From Lama guanicoe (taxonomy: Eukaryota), in NCBI GenBank assembly GCA_013239625.1, contig MU053933.1, positions 1,242,001 to 1,306,000 of the forward strand: DNA of 64,000 nt. Reading direction: 5' to 3'. The position numbers and the translations under genes are program-made. The notes under the pieces are model-generated. The model saw only the letters and a program-made list of their open reading frames with translations. It had not been told where the DNA came from and searched no databases. Shown here in pieces: positions 22,226 to 34,739 of this stretch. Position 1 is the stretch's first letter, and each line of letters opens with the position of its first letter.

Positions 22226-23714
22226 CACCAGGGGGCTCTTTACACCCTCCGTGCAGAGGGATGGGCTCTTATCTTCTCCCTTCTTTGGTTTTGCTGCTGA
22301 GCTGGTAGCCCAGCCATGCAAGACACTTCCTCCTGCCTCAGGGACACTGTGACTCAATGTTAAGTCTTCCGTTGGGACTTTCCAGGCACTCCCTCCCCCT
22401 CTGCCCGAGTCCTTGCTCTAACAACGGAGAGTCCTGTATTTGGGAGGTGCAGGGTGGGTTTTGCCTGTCAAGTCACTGTGTGTGCTGACAGCCGCTGGGT
22501 GGAGGGTTCTGGCTGCCTGCCAGGCTGGGGCGGGGCTTGGCTGAAGTCTGCGCTGGTCAGAGCACGTCTCCTCTCTGCTCTGTTTGTCACCATTCGCTGA
22601 GGGCCTGCAGGCGGTCTCCAATGTGATCTGTCTGTGCTCATGACACGTGTGGACGGCAAGACATAGGGATGGGAGGGCACGGCTGAACACGTGGGCAGAA
22701 ATGGGGGACTCTGCTTCAGACCGAATCTTCCTGGATCTTCCAGCGGAATCTTCCTAAGCTCGACCCACTCCCTGCGTGGGGCCTTTGGTACCTCTGGGGA
22801 CACTTGAGGCAGGACCCTGGGGGCAGCTTTCCTGGGGGGTTCTTGGGCCAAGGCCTTCTCTTCTGGACCCTGCTCTGGCTCAGGGCTGAATGAGCACATG
22901 GGGAGGAAAGGGCCCCAGCCCCCCTGGGCCCTGCCCTTGGGAGCACACGGCTGATTAGAGAGCATCTGACACCCACCCCCCAAAACTGGCTGAGACACCC
23001 TGGCTCCCCCACCCCACCACTGCGTGAGACCACTGGCAGGGTGCCCACGGGCATCTCTGGGTGCCCAGCTGTGGGGGCCTGGAGGGGCTTGAACTGGTTT
23101 CTGGGGTGGGGGCAGGTCCCACAGTTTCTGAAACTTGCTGGCTTCTTTGCTTTTGAAATGGGTTGCAGTGGGGAGGCCCTCAGAATTGGGGGTTGGGACA
23201 CTGGGTTCTGCAGGCTGCCCCCTCACCCTTCCCACAGACATTGCCCATCCCCAGCCCCTGTGGGGCACAGCATGATGTCCCCACGGAGCCGTCCCCTCCG
23301 AGTCTAAGCAGCCGGCCCCTCTGTGATTGACAGGACACACAGTGGGCGTGGGGATGGGTATTGTCCTCCAGGCATCTGGGACCCCTGCTGGGAGAGGCTG
23401 AGCGGGCGGTCCGGGTGGGGGGGCACCTGCGCTTTGACCCCCCACAACTTGAAGGTGGGGGTTCCTGGGTCAGAACCCCCCAAAATCTTTCCTGCTCTGT
23501 TCAGATTAAAAGAACAGACAAAAAAAGTGAAAGGAAACAGGGAGCCGGAGGAACCAGCTGTGAGGGAGGAGGTGAGGGTGGCCCACTCCGGGGCGGCTCT
23601 GGGCTCAGCTGCTTCTGTGGCTGCTGGACAGGCCCCGAGAGGGCGCAGCTCCTGAGCTGCAGTCCCCGAAAGCCGGTGTGCTGCTCAAGGGCGCAGACTT
23701 GCTCCTAGCGGATC

Positions 23715-23962
23715 AATAAGACCTGGGGGTCTGACCCACAGCACAGTGATTATAGTCATCGGTGCCATGTTATAAACTTCAAAGTTGCTAAGAGACTAGA
23801 TCTTAATTATTCTCACCTCAAAAAAAAAAAGATAGAGGTATTAACTAATGCAATGGTGGTAATCATGCTGCAATATGTAAATGTATCAAATCAACACCTT
23901 ATACACCTGAAACTTGTACAACATTATATGATGATTATGCAGTAATATTTAAAGAAAGAAAG
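23715..23962 (+). mobile_element. L1 3' end fragment (L1MA9-like)
   Basis: AAAGTTGCTAAGAGACTAGATCTTAA...ATGTATCAAATCAACACCTTATACACCTGAAACTTGTACAA. Confidence 0.85.
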
Positions 23963-24480
23963 CAGAAAGAACCTTGGAATGGGGATGGGGTGGGTGGGTG
24001 GGACGGGGGTCTCTGGATAAAAGGGGTGGGGCTGGGACAAGGGTCTCTGGATCAGATGTTTCCACAGGGGTTGGCAGATGAAGAACCAGGGGGAACCAAA
24101 GGTTAGGGTTTCCTTGCAGAGAGTCTGGAAGGCCCAGGGCCATAGGAGGCACTGAGAGTGGGGCCGCCTTGCACCCATCTGTATTTCCCCAGGAGCACGC
24201 TGCAGGTCTACTCTTCTTTGGATCCTAAGGGGACTATCCTGGCTTCTTTCCACCCAACTGAGTAGGGGCAGTGGTAGGAGAATGCATTTTGGGGCAGAGG
24301 CCTGCATTCCTGTCTGCCCCTGACTCATTGCCAGCTATGGGACTTCGGCAGATTGTCGAATCTAAGTCTTGATTACCTTTCCTATAAAATGGGACTCATA
24401 AAATGTTTAAAGATTAGAAGAAGATGTAAAACATTTAGCATACTTACTACTCAGCCCAGAAGAAGGTCTCAATGAATTGC

Positions 24481-24690
24481 AACAACACCGTCATCACCAT
24501 CGCCACCATCACCACCATCACCACTGCCACCACCACCACCAACATCACCATCACCACCACCACCGTCACCACCACCGTCTCCACCACCATCATCACCATT
24601 ATCATGGTGTGTATAGATGTATGTGTGTGTATTTCTCTGTATCTGTGTGTGTGTGTGGTATGTGTGTATCTGTGTGTGTGTATCTTGGGG
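24481..24690. repeat. Imperfect (CAC/CAT)n tract followed by a TG-rich tract
   Basis: About 41 CAY-type triplets at 24481-24605, then a TGTG/TATC tract. Preceded by a MIR-like fragment (~24340-24480). Confidence 0.9.
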
Positions 24691-25119
24691 TGAGTGTCAG
24701 GAAGCCACAGAGCAAGGAGGAAGGGGTTACAATGAAGGCAGCGCAGTGGGTGGGGAGGCTGACTGAGGGGCGTAGCTAGGATGGGGTCATGGCTCCAGCA
24801 GGAAGAAGGCTGACCCAGAGGCCCGTGGGCAGGGCCAGGGCGGGGCCCCGGAGAATTCTGACCGGAAGACACAGGGCTGGTCGGGCCGGGCGGGGCAGGC
24901 GCGCAGCGGGTGGAAGAGGCAGCGGGTGGTGTCTTCCGTGGGCGGGTGGGTAGTGGGGGCTTCGTGCTCCGCGAAGGTCCCTGTGCCTCCAGCAGCTGCC
25001 CCTCCCCGTGGCCCGAGGGCCCACACGGCCTGAAGCTGTGCTTGCGAATTGCCTGCCTCAGCTGGGCCCTGAGGCGCCCTCACAATGAGGTTAGGACTAG
25101 CTGTGTACCAGGGTGCTGT

Positions 25120-25305
25120 GGGTGCGTGAGTGTGTGTGACAGCGGAATTGTGTGTGACCTTGTGTGTGTCCACTATCGTGTGAGCATGTCCATGAGCGTG
25201 CGAGTGTGCATTAGTGTGTAAGTGTGCGTGAGTGTGTGCATGTGTGCACATTGTCCACAAGCACATGACCGTGTACGTGAGTGTGTGTGTGTGTGTGTCC
25301 GTGCA
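25120..25305. repeat. TG-rich low-complexity repeat
   Basis: Degenerate (TG)n with a short pure run at ~25281-25298. Confidence 0.8.
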
Positions 25306-26980
25306 TCCGTGAATGAACTTCAGAATAGGAAGAGGGTGCCAGTCCTGAACCCAGGCACCTGGTCTTTGCAGGGAAATCACCATGTTTGTGGGCCCTCGGG
25401 CGGCAAATATCCAGTATTAGCTAAATATCCAAATTCCTGGAGCCACCTGGGAAGGTTTTTGGGGGCCACCCGCAGTGTCTCCTCCCTTATGGGACGCAGC
25501 CAGGGGTTGACCTCACACCTCAGAGGGGCAGCTGGTTCCCTCTGGGCTGGTTTCCCGTCTCTGCGTCAGCCTGGGAGGTCTGGCTCTGTCCTCCCATGGG
25601 CCACTTTAACATGCAGACTTGTGGTCCCCCTCCAGGGCACCTTAGTGGGAAGGCAGTGTCAGGGGCTGTCTGTCCTGGCAGGTGGAGGTGGATGCCAGGG
25701 CGCTGTGATGGGAGGGGCACCAAGGACGGGCTCTGTGGGGCTGATCTTGACCGCTGGGGTGCCTGCGGGCTGGACAACACTGGTGAAGGTTAAGTGCAGG
25801 GCAGCCGTGAGTAGGGGCGTGGCCATCCAGCCAGTCAGTCTGCCAGTAGAGCAGTGGCCCCGGTGCCCCCGGGGCGTCTCAGCACGTGTGTGCCATGACT
25901 TCCCGGCCAGCAGCGGAGCAGCATCCTGGCACATGGAGGCAGAGGGCGGCCCCTGTACACTTGCAGTTCCTCAGGGGTCCTGGGTGCCCAGTGTCTGTCA
26001 GCGGATGAGATGGTGGGGACAGCCGCGGCACGCACGTCCCTGTGTGGGTGGCTTTGCTGCAGGATCAGTGCCAAGCACAGACAGGCAGAGGCCCTTTAAG
26101 GGAATTCCTGCTCCCCACTGCGGGACGTGGCTGAGGGCTCAGGCCGCCTGCTGGAGTTGCACCTGCTCTAAGTTGTGATCAGGCTAAATGAGATGGAAAA
26201 ACATGCAAATACAGTTGGAGCTTTTTGGCAAATTAGCATGCAAACGGGCGGAGGTGAGGCTTGCTCAGGAAGGGGGCGCTCGCCCCGTTGGACTCATTAT
26301 TGAGGCAGGCAAATTAAGACAGCGGGCTCTCCCCGCGTGTGTTCTAGAGGGGGAATTATTTCAGCTACATTTGCTAGTTTTCCGAGGTTGCCTAAAAAGG
26401 CCAAGAAAACACTACCCTCCTGGTTTCCCCCTCGTCGAGTGGATAACAGTTGGAGGGTTTTCGTACACACACCCTGGAGGCTTGCTGTGGTCAGTCTTAC
26501 TGGTCACAGGGTGTAGAACCGCAGCGTGTTTTACTGGGTGGGTTATTCCGGCTGCGCTCACGAAGATGGAGCAGTCAGCCCTGAATCCGTGGTCCCCCGT
26601 GTGCGGGAAGCAATGGTCACGCTCCGTTTGGTGCTGCGACGGCTTAGAGAGCCCAGTTGCACAAAGATGGTGTTTAGGTGTCAGCTGTCTGAGGAAGAAC
26701 ACACAGGTGGGGACACGCCAGCAAAGGGGATCAGTGGTAACATGACCCTGGGAGCTCATGTGGACTCGGCCACGTGTGGTTGGCATCCAACTCCTCGGCT
26801 GGGTACCACGACCTTGTGTCAGGTCAAGACCAAAGGCAGGTCTGGGTGCCCAGTGGGGACAACGAACATGCATTGTCATCTGGGGTGCAGTGAGGAGCCA
26901 CTCCACTTTATGCCTGCTCTCTGTGACCACATCCTTCCTCTGGATGCCCTGGGGACTCCATCCCATCACTGATGTGGCCC

Positions 26981-27496
26981 TTTTTTTTTTTTATTGGAGT
27001 ATAGTCAGTTACAATGTGTCGATTTCTGGTGTACAGCATCATGTTCCAGTCATGCATGTGTGTGTGTGTGTGTGTATGTTCATTTTCATATTCTTTTTCA
27101 TTAAAGGTTATTACAAGATGTTGAATATATTTCCCTGGGCTATACAGAAGAAATTTGTTTTTCATCTATCTTTATATATGGCAGTTAATATTTGGAAATC
27201 TCAACCTCCCAAATGTATCCCTTCCCACACCCTTTCCCCCTGTAACCATAAGACTGTTTACTGTGTCTGTGAGTCCGTTTCTGTTTTGCAGATGAGAAGT
27301 TGTGGTATGTTCATACAATGGAATAGTGCTCAGCAATGAAAAAAAGAATAAAATAATACCTTTGGCAGCAACATGGATGGACCTGGAGACCGTCATTCTG
27401 AGTGAAGTAAGTCAGAAAGAGAAAGAAAAATACCATATAAGACCACTCATGTGTGAAATCAAAAAAAAAGGAAAAGAAAAAAGAGGACATGAATGA
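26981..27496 (-). mobile_element. L1 insertion with 5' inversion
   Basis: Poly-T plus minus-strand L1 3'UTR (26981-27295), joined to a plus-strand upstream L1 segment (27296-27496; GCAACATGGATGGACCTGGAG). Flanked by GCCCTTT on both sides. Confidence 0.88.
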
Positions 27497-30400
27497 GCCC
27501 TTTGGTTATTCATGCATTTTCGTAACTCCCCAGTGGATGGGAGAACTTCCTTTTATGCCTTCCTGTGATTTGCATTCCCTCCTCCCTCTTGCCCTCAAGA
27601 GCAGTGCCGGGGGTGGGGGTGAAGTCAGCTCGCCTTTGTGCATCCAGGGAGGCCCCCCAGGTGAGGTGTCCGCTGCTCTCTCGGAGTGGCTGAGTGGCAG
27701 GAAGGTGTCCCGGGTTCCTGCCTGTTGGGGGAGACACGGGGCGGGAGGGCTGGCCCACAGTGGGCAGTGTCCAGAGATGGCATCACTATCCTTTGCCCTC
27801 CGACCTCAGAACTCGGCTAAGCTCTGCGGCTCACGCTTGCTTTCAGGCAAGCTGCATCCCCGAGTGCGCACACCTGTGGCTGGAGGGGCGCCAGGGCAGG
27901 CGGCTTTGGGAAGACGGAGCCGTCAGGTGGTGGGGCTTGCGCCTGCCGCAAGCAGGCTTGGGGGCGGGCACGTTAGCCGTCTCACTCGTGGGGGGTTGGA
28001 CTGAATCCAAGAGACTTTCTCCCCCTTGGGATGGAATTTGGAGGTGGGAAAAAACACATAAAAATTAACGTGCATAAAACCTTAAACTTTGGTATTATGA
28101 GATTCAGATTTAAAATATTAATAGGACATCGCTGATATGAAAAATTAACGTAGCTAATTAACAAGTATCCATCGAACAGGCTCCGTCACTTTTCCGGTGT
28201 GCTAACCTGCAGCAGGTGAGCAGAGGTTAAAACAAGAACAGTGACAAGACCAGCACGGCACCAGACCTGCTGCGCTGTGAACTGGCTTTAAGCCCCTGGC
28301 GTCTTTAAGCCTTCCCCCAGGGTGACTGCCGTGGCTGGAGAGACCCGCGGCATCCTCCGCAGGGCTGAACTAGACAAACGGGAAACCCAGGGCCTCGAGG
28401 GGAGACTGGACTCAAGACACCTGGAATCGCTGGTGAGGAGAGGTGGGAACCCCCACTTCTACACTGTAGGAGCCTCTTCTGCACAGAGCAGACTCACATT
28501 TGCATTTGAGGATGACTGTCCGCTTGCTCTGATCCCCGGTGGTTCTGCACGTGGAGCCAGGAGCCACATCTTATTCTTGGAAGATGTGGAACCTTTTTGC
28601 AGTGGAGTTTGGAGCTGTGTTTTAGCAGATCAATGTCCCCGCAGGTAACGTCTTCTTCACATACAGTGTCTCTTCATTCATCACTTCCTGGGAGACCTGC
28701 TGGTCCTTTCCAAGCACTGGGCATTGAGGGGGAACATGAAAGAGCTGGAAGAGAAGACGTGGGGAAGCCGTCTCATCGGTCTTGAGGCCACGCAGCACTG
28801 CCCTGAGATCACAGGATCCACCCCAACTCTGCGGAGCGCCATGTGTTGCCGCTTCAGGTTAAATAAACCTGAGCACGGACTTCCAGCTCCCAGAGACAGT
28901 CTTGCCTCCCAGTCTTCTTGCCGACTATGAACTCTGGGCAGAAGAGGAGCAGTGATTATTTGGCGGCTTTGGATAGTGCCTTAAAGCAGGAGAAACCCCC
29001 GGAGGGTGTGAACTCGTAAAGGAGGGCTCCCCCCTCGGTCGGCTCCCCTCCCGAGGGCCCCCCAGACCCCAGACTGGATGCAGCTCACGCAGAAGGTGGC
29101 AGTTCTATCGGGCTGAGGGGTCGAGGCTAGTGTTTGGGGTGGTCAGCATATCTGAATATTTAGGGAGAAATCTCAGAAAAGCCGCAGGGAGGAGATGTCC
29201 CTGCACCTGGCACCTGGCAGTGTCTCCCCGCAAACCCCCGGCTGGTCCCGAAGCAAGCACATTGGAGCAGGTCTCCGGAGAGTCCAGGAGGGAGCGGCGG
29301 CTGGACGGTGGGAAGAGCCGAGCACCTGGTGCTGGGAAGACCCGGTTTGGAGTCACACCCACCAGGTTAAGGAACGTGGCGAGCCCCTCAGGCTTTTCAC
29401 CAGGACCCCTGACGTGGAGTGAAGTGCTCCATGTGCTGAAATAAAACGACGGTGAATTATCCTGAGCTGTCAGAGCCTGTTCGTCGGGAGGGAGAGGCGC
29501 CTGCACTGGCGTGGCCGGCTGCCCGCCTGGCAGAGGGAGATGAAGGCCCTCAGGGTGGAAGGCAGAGGCAGCGGGCTCAGACTAAGACCCCGTGCTGAGG
29601 TTCCCTGCACGCACCCAAGCCTCCGGGTCCCGTTGTAAGTTCTAGACGCCACGCAGCCTCCCCAGCCCCTGGGGGCACCTGAGGGGCACTCCGTCCCCGG
29701 GGAGGACTGGGTCATCAGCAGAGCCCTGAGCTGCAGGAGGAGGGGCAGAGCGCCCCTCACCCTCGGAAGGGCACATCCAGCCCAGAGGTGACCCGCAACC
29801 TCCTCCTTGGACCTCGTCATGCGGAGGGACGGGGGGCTGGCTGCAGCTGCCTGGCCTCCACTGTGAAGACAAAGGCACGGCTGGGGCGTCTCAGAGAAGC
29901 AGAGCCTCCTCCGTCCCCCCGGGTCCCCGTCGTGTGTGAGCCGGTGGGCGGTGGGGCTGACTCTCTGTTCCTCGCAGCGGGATGCTCCCCGCCTGGCACA
30001 CGGTGTGGAGTGAGGTAGCTATTGCATCAGTTGATGGCAGGTGCAGTTTGGTGCTTGTGACCTTGGGCCTGACCTCGGGTTTATGGAGGATGTCCCACCG
30101 TGAGGTCCAGTCATTGTGACGAAATAATGAAATTGGATGGGCCATGTGGCAGGTCGCTTGCTTGGCCTTGGGGCCCCGTGCTGAACCCTGTGGTGCCGCT
30201 GCAGGGCTCAGGGGTGCTCGGCGCGGACGAGGCACAGGGAAGGGGAAGGGGCCTGGCACACACTGGTCCAGCTGCGGTGGGTGTCACTGTCACTGTCACT
30301 GTCCACACCTTGGGAAATACACTCCCAGAGCCCAAGGCCACTGGGCCAGGGCAGAGCTGGGATTCAGCTCAGGGCTTGCAATTCTGCAGCCAGGAGCCAG

Positions 30401-31171
30401 CAGTTCCTTGGGGCCTGGGACCCCATCCTCTGCTACCTGACCTTACAAGTCAGCCGCGCCCACAGGTGCGTAGTGGGGCCCAGGTAACCGGCGCCGTGCA
30501 GATGTCCGTGCGCCCAGAGAAGGCTACCTTGTGGTTCTTCTTTGACTTCTTGTGTGTCCCTTCTCCCCCTGGGCCAGCCCTCCTGTTTCATTGACTGGTT
30601 TAGGCTTTGCGTTGCCAGCCGCAGCTCCATGTCCCGCCCGTCCCAGACTCCCGCGGGGACGCCGTGGCCCGTCTCCGTGGGCCTCGCGCAGCGGGGCTCG
30701 GCCAGCCGCTGGGGCAGGGCTGTGCGACACAGCGTGGGGCTCACGGCCAGGCTCTCAGCCCTCTCGCGAGGTCGGGGCTACCTGTACCTCCTGCCGGCTC
30801 CGCGGTCCGTCTCGGCCTGCGCTCATGCTCCTGCCTGGGGTCCTGGCGTGGGCGCAGCTTGGCTGTGTGGTCAGTGCGTGACCCCTCCTCAGGGCAGCAC
30901 AGCTGAGGCGGAGGTTTCTGGGAGGGGGGCACACCCGGCCTGCCTCCCCTTCCGGTAACAGGGGGTGACCTTGGACTCACTGAGCACCTCAGAAGGGACT
31001 GGGCTCAGCCCCGGGCGGGAGGCAGGAGGTGGGACTTCTGCCTCTGCTCAGCCTGGACTCACTGGACCTTCCTCCTTGGACTTTCCTTGTCTGTGACGTA
31101 GGGACCAGGGTGGGCACAAAAGATCAGGGGCACCTCTGAAATTGCGGTTGGAAAGGACTCGTTTGCAGGAA

Positions 31172-31305
31172 AACTGCACACACTACACACATGTACACAA
31201 TTTGTGTACACACATATGCACACAGCACCCAATTTGTGTACACATGCACACAGCACACACATGCACACAGCACACACATGCACACAATTTCTGCACACAC
31301 ACGCA
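31172..31305. repeat. Compound CA-rich minisatellite
   Basis: Repeated CAATTTGTGTACAC and CACATGCACACAGCACA units. Confidence 0.85.
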
Positions 31306-32809
31306 GAGTCCATTCCAGGGGGCGCATGGGCTCAGAGAAGCCCATCTGTGGATTCCAGGTTGAAAACTATTCAATACACCTTATTTTTCAAGCTGCAGTC
31401 ACACGCTATTAGCTATAAATTCATTTCGTGGGTTGCCACCAGCGTTCCTTTAGAAAGGAACAGAATAAAGTGGAAATGGCATTGTTTCATCACCCTTTGT
31501 TTCAGGGCTGCGCACAGGCTCGCACAGGCTCCAGTCATGCATTTCCCCCTCCTCGCCTCCCCTCTCCCCATCTCCACCACCTGCAGAAATGTCAGCAAGA
31601 GCTCCCCCAACCCCTTTCTGCTAATGGCATCAATTAGCAAACTTGCTTCCATCCCGGTGAGCAGCTTGGCGGCTGGAGCCTTTGATCCGGGCCAGCTCTG
31701 GGAGGACCTCGCATCTCCAAGAGGGCCCATGCCAACCTCCCTTGGCAAGCCCGTGGCGTTTCTTCACTTTTGCCAAACATGTAGCGAAGTCCAGCTCAGT
31801 TTCTTGAGCTCTTCTGGAACTCAGGAAAGAAAAAAATAAGGATTGTTCATCTTGTCCCTGAACTTTCTGCACTCACTGTCTTCTGATATACTTGCCAATT
31901 TCTGTGCTAAAACCACAGTGCTGTAGTCAGTCTGCATCCACAGTGTGTAGGTACAAGTTCTCCCCCAACACTGCTTTTTCCAAATGTTTCGTGATTTAAA
32001 ACAATTTTATATTTTTATCATGAAATATCCAGTACATACAGAGGAGCATGTACAACACATGTGCAGCTTTTAAAGACTTTGTAGCCTCTTCCCAGAATAA
32101 GAAATAGAACGTTGACCAGAATCTTCAGAGCTGTGCTTGTGCCCTCTGTGGTCACAGCTCATCCACCCACCCACCCATCTATTCGTCCATCACATCTTTG
32201 AGCCTTTGCCATGTGCCAGGCATTGCTCTGTGCGTCTGGGATGAACAGGATGTGAAACTGTCGCCCTGTGGCTCTACGTGGCCCTGGCAGGTGAAAGGCC
32301 TTTAGACAGTTGTGACTTGGCTGCCCTTCAGCATACCCGCCCTCGTCCCGCAACAAGGCGTTGTGCAGTTCTGCCGGTTTGGGACCCTCAGGTCAGTAGG
32401 TCTCCCGTGTCTGACTTGATGGTCCTGCTCCCCGCCTGGCCTCACCTGTGGGACTCGTCCCCATTACTGCGTGTGGGTATCGCTCCTCGTGTTCACGCTG
32501 GCGAAGTGTTCCACTGTGTGGCCCCAAGGGCCTGATCCGTCTCCCCATCCCGCTGTGGATGGACGTCGGGTGGGGGGCACTGTGGTGATGACGGAAGTGT
32601 TGCTGTGAGCCTGACCCTCTGCACCCAGATCCTGGGAACCGAGTCGCCGTGACGTGGGCACGCTGGCTCGACCGCACCAGGTCACAGCGGCTCCGGTTCC
32701 GCCCCGCCCGCGGCGACCGAGGGCTGGGGGTGCGGCGCACGGGTGCGCATTCCCTGACGGGTAGCGAGGCCAAGCCTCTCTCCACAGGCTGCTGTTCCTC
32801 TGCAGTGGG

Positions 32810-33055
32810 TTTTGTGGGGCTTTTGAAGTGCAGTCGATTTACAACGTTGTGTTAGTTTCAGGTACGCAGCGAAGAGTTCAGTTCTACGTATGCACACGTG
32901 TCTGTTGTTTTCAGATTCTTTTCCATTACAGGTTATTCCAAGGTATTGAATGTAGCTCCCTGTGCGGTACAGTAGGGCCTTGTTTTTTTAAATCTATTTT
33001 ACATAGTAGTTAGTACCTGGAAACCTCAGACTCCCAGTGCGTCCCTCCCCCACCG
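32810..33055 (-). mobile_element. L1 3' end fragment (artiodactyl-type)
   Basis: TTGAAGTGCAGTCGATTTACAACGTTGTGTTAGTTTCAGGT...TTTCAGATTCTTTTCCATTACAGGTTATT. Confidence 0.85.
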
Positions 33056-34739
33056 GGACCGATACTCAGTATCTTCTAATACGCAGCAGGGCCGTGTTCC
33101 ACTGGTGCTTTCTGAAGTCTCTGCTCGTGTTTCTCATGTTTTCTCCTTTTTCTGTGACTTCCAGGCACTCTTTATATGGGCTGTTCTCAAGGGAGGCAGT
33201 TGTGCCCCCCGGGGTGGCTCCTGCTGGTCAGGGCCCCTGTCCCGGCCCCCTTGGGCCCCCAGGTTGCAGCCTGTCTCATGAACGCCCAGGTGTGGCTGCC
33301 AGGCAGGTGGCTGGCTCCTGCAAGCCCTTCCCCGTGGGCATCCGAGCCACGGGGCTGGCCCTGAGTCCCCGCTGGTCGGGTTTCCTCCTCTTTGTGTCTT
33401 CTTTGGGCTGGGGTCCTCCCCTTGATTGCAGAGGGAGGGGCCTTGCCACGTGCAGGTGTCCTTCCCTCTTCCCAGACCAGCTCAGCCCACACAGGCCACC
33501 TGTCTCTGTCCCTCCGTCCCTCCGGGCAGCGAGGACCTGCCCAGGGGGTCCCTGCTGGAGCACTGGCACTCCTCCCCAACAAAGAGGTCTGCCCACCGTA
33601 ATCCCCCACCCGAGGAGGGCTGGCAGCGTCCCAGGCTGGCTGGCACCTGTGGATTACCTGCGGATTGGAGACTGTGTTGCCAACACCACCTCTGGAGGAG
33701 TTTCTGAACTCTGAGCTCACCAACACAGGTAGTCCCTGTAAACCACGATGTCGACACCCCTCCACCCTTGCTACTGCCCAGACCCCGTGGGGTTCACGAG
33801 GCTTCCATTCAGAGATGCCGAGGGGTGGGGGAGGGCTGCGATCCGTCAGACCATGTTTGGAATGAGACGTGGGAGCTTGGGGAGCTCAGGGCGTCCCGCC
33901 ACACACCTGCAGGTGAGCGGGGAGTTTTTCTTTGAAACAGGCACCTTCTGATGTCATCTTGCTTAACAGACAAAGGTCAGTGAGGAATGAGGGAGGGGCT
34001 ATGGCAGGAACATGGATATCAGGCCCATCCAAGGTCCTGGTGTCCGAGGGGAGGGGCAGGTGGGGGCAGGCGGTGGGGGGCACAGGGGACACCCTGTGCT
34101 GGTGGTGGGGGGAGGCTTCCTGCGCCCCAGGAGGAGGATGCGCTGTGCCTCCCTCAGGCGTGGGGGGGGGGAGGGCTTCCGGTGCTGGGGGAGGGTGACT
34201 CATCTCCGTTTCAGGGACCGCCCGCCCGCGACCCCCTTCTTCCCGGGCCCCGTCCTGTGGCCGCCAGCCGGGAAGCGCAGGCGCAGTGCACTGTGCGCTT
34301 GTGCGCCGGGTGGGCACCGCGAGTGTTGTCTTTCACCTTCTGAGTCGTTAGTGGTGAACTTCCTCCTAACAGCAATGAGTTCTGTGCTAATGCACTGAGC
34401 GCTGACTTGTGTCCTGTGTAAAGCCGCCACCCGGTTCACTTGTGTGCAAACGAGTAAATGCAGACGACAGGGCTGAGCGCTCATCCTTTGTTTATGGAGT
34501 GACTCTTGCCTCGGGCTGCTTTCCGGGGTCTGCCTCCATCAGTCATCAGAGGAAGGGACGTCAGGGGCGGGGGGGGGGGGACGGGAGCCCTGACGTCTCT
34601 CCTCCCTCCTACCTGGTGTGACGGGGAGCCCCTTCCTCTGCCAGGGCCACCTCTTGGCTGCGGGGCTCCTCCGTTGTGGGGAGGCTGCAGGGTCCTGAGC
34701 CACCATCAGCTGGGACCCTCCCTCCTGCCCCTCCCCCGC

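Noticed and set aside
22468..23445. Longest ORF (325 aa, minus strand)
   Set aside because: P/G/A/R-rich, with no recognisable domain or exon structure. Long stop-free frames are expected at this GC content.
24447..24872. His-rich, Thr-rich and Val-rich ORFs
   Set aside because: These are translations of a CAC/CAT microsatellite at a MIR tail, not a gene.
25222..26178. 318-aa plus-strand ORF
   Set aside because: It begins inside a TG microsatellite at a non-ATG codon and has no recognisable homology.
31172..31305. Repeat-spacer-like pattern (CAATTTGTGTACAC recurring)
   Set aside because: The spacers are CA-rich copies of each other in a mammalian context, so this is a minisatellite and not a CRISPR array.
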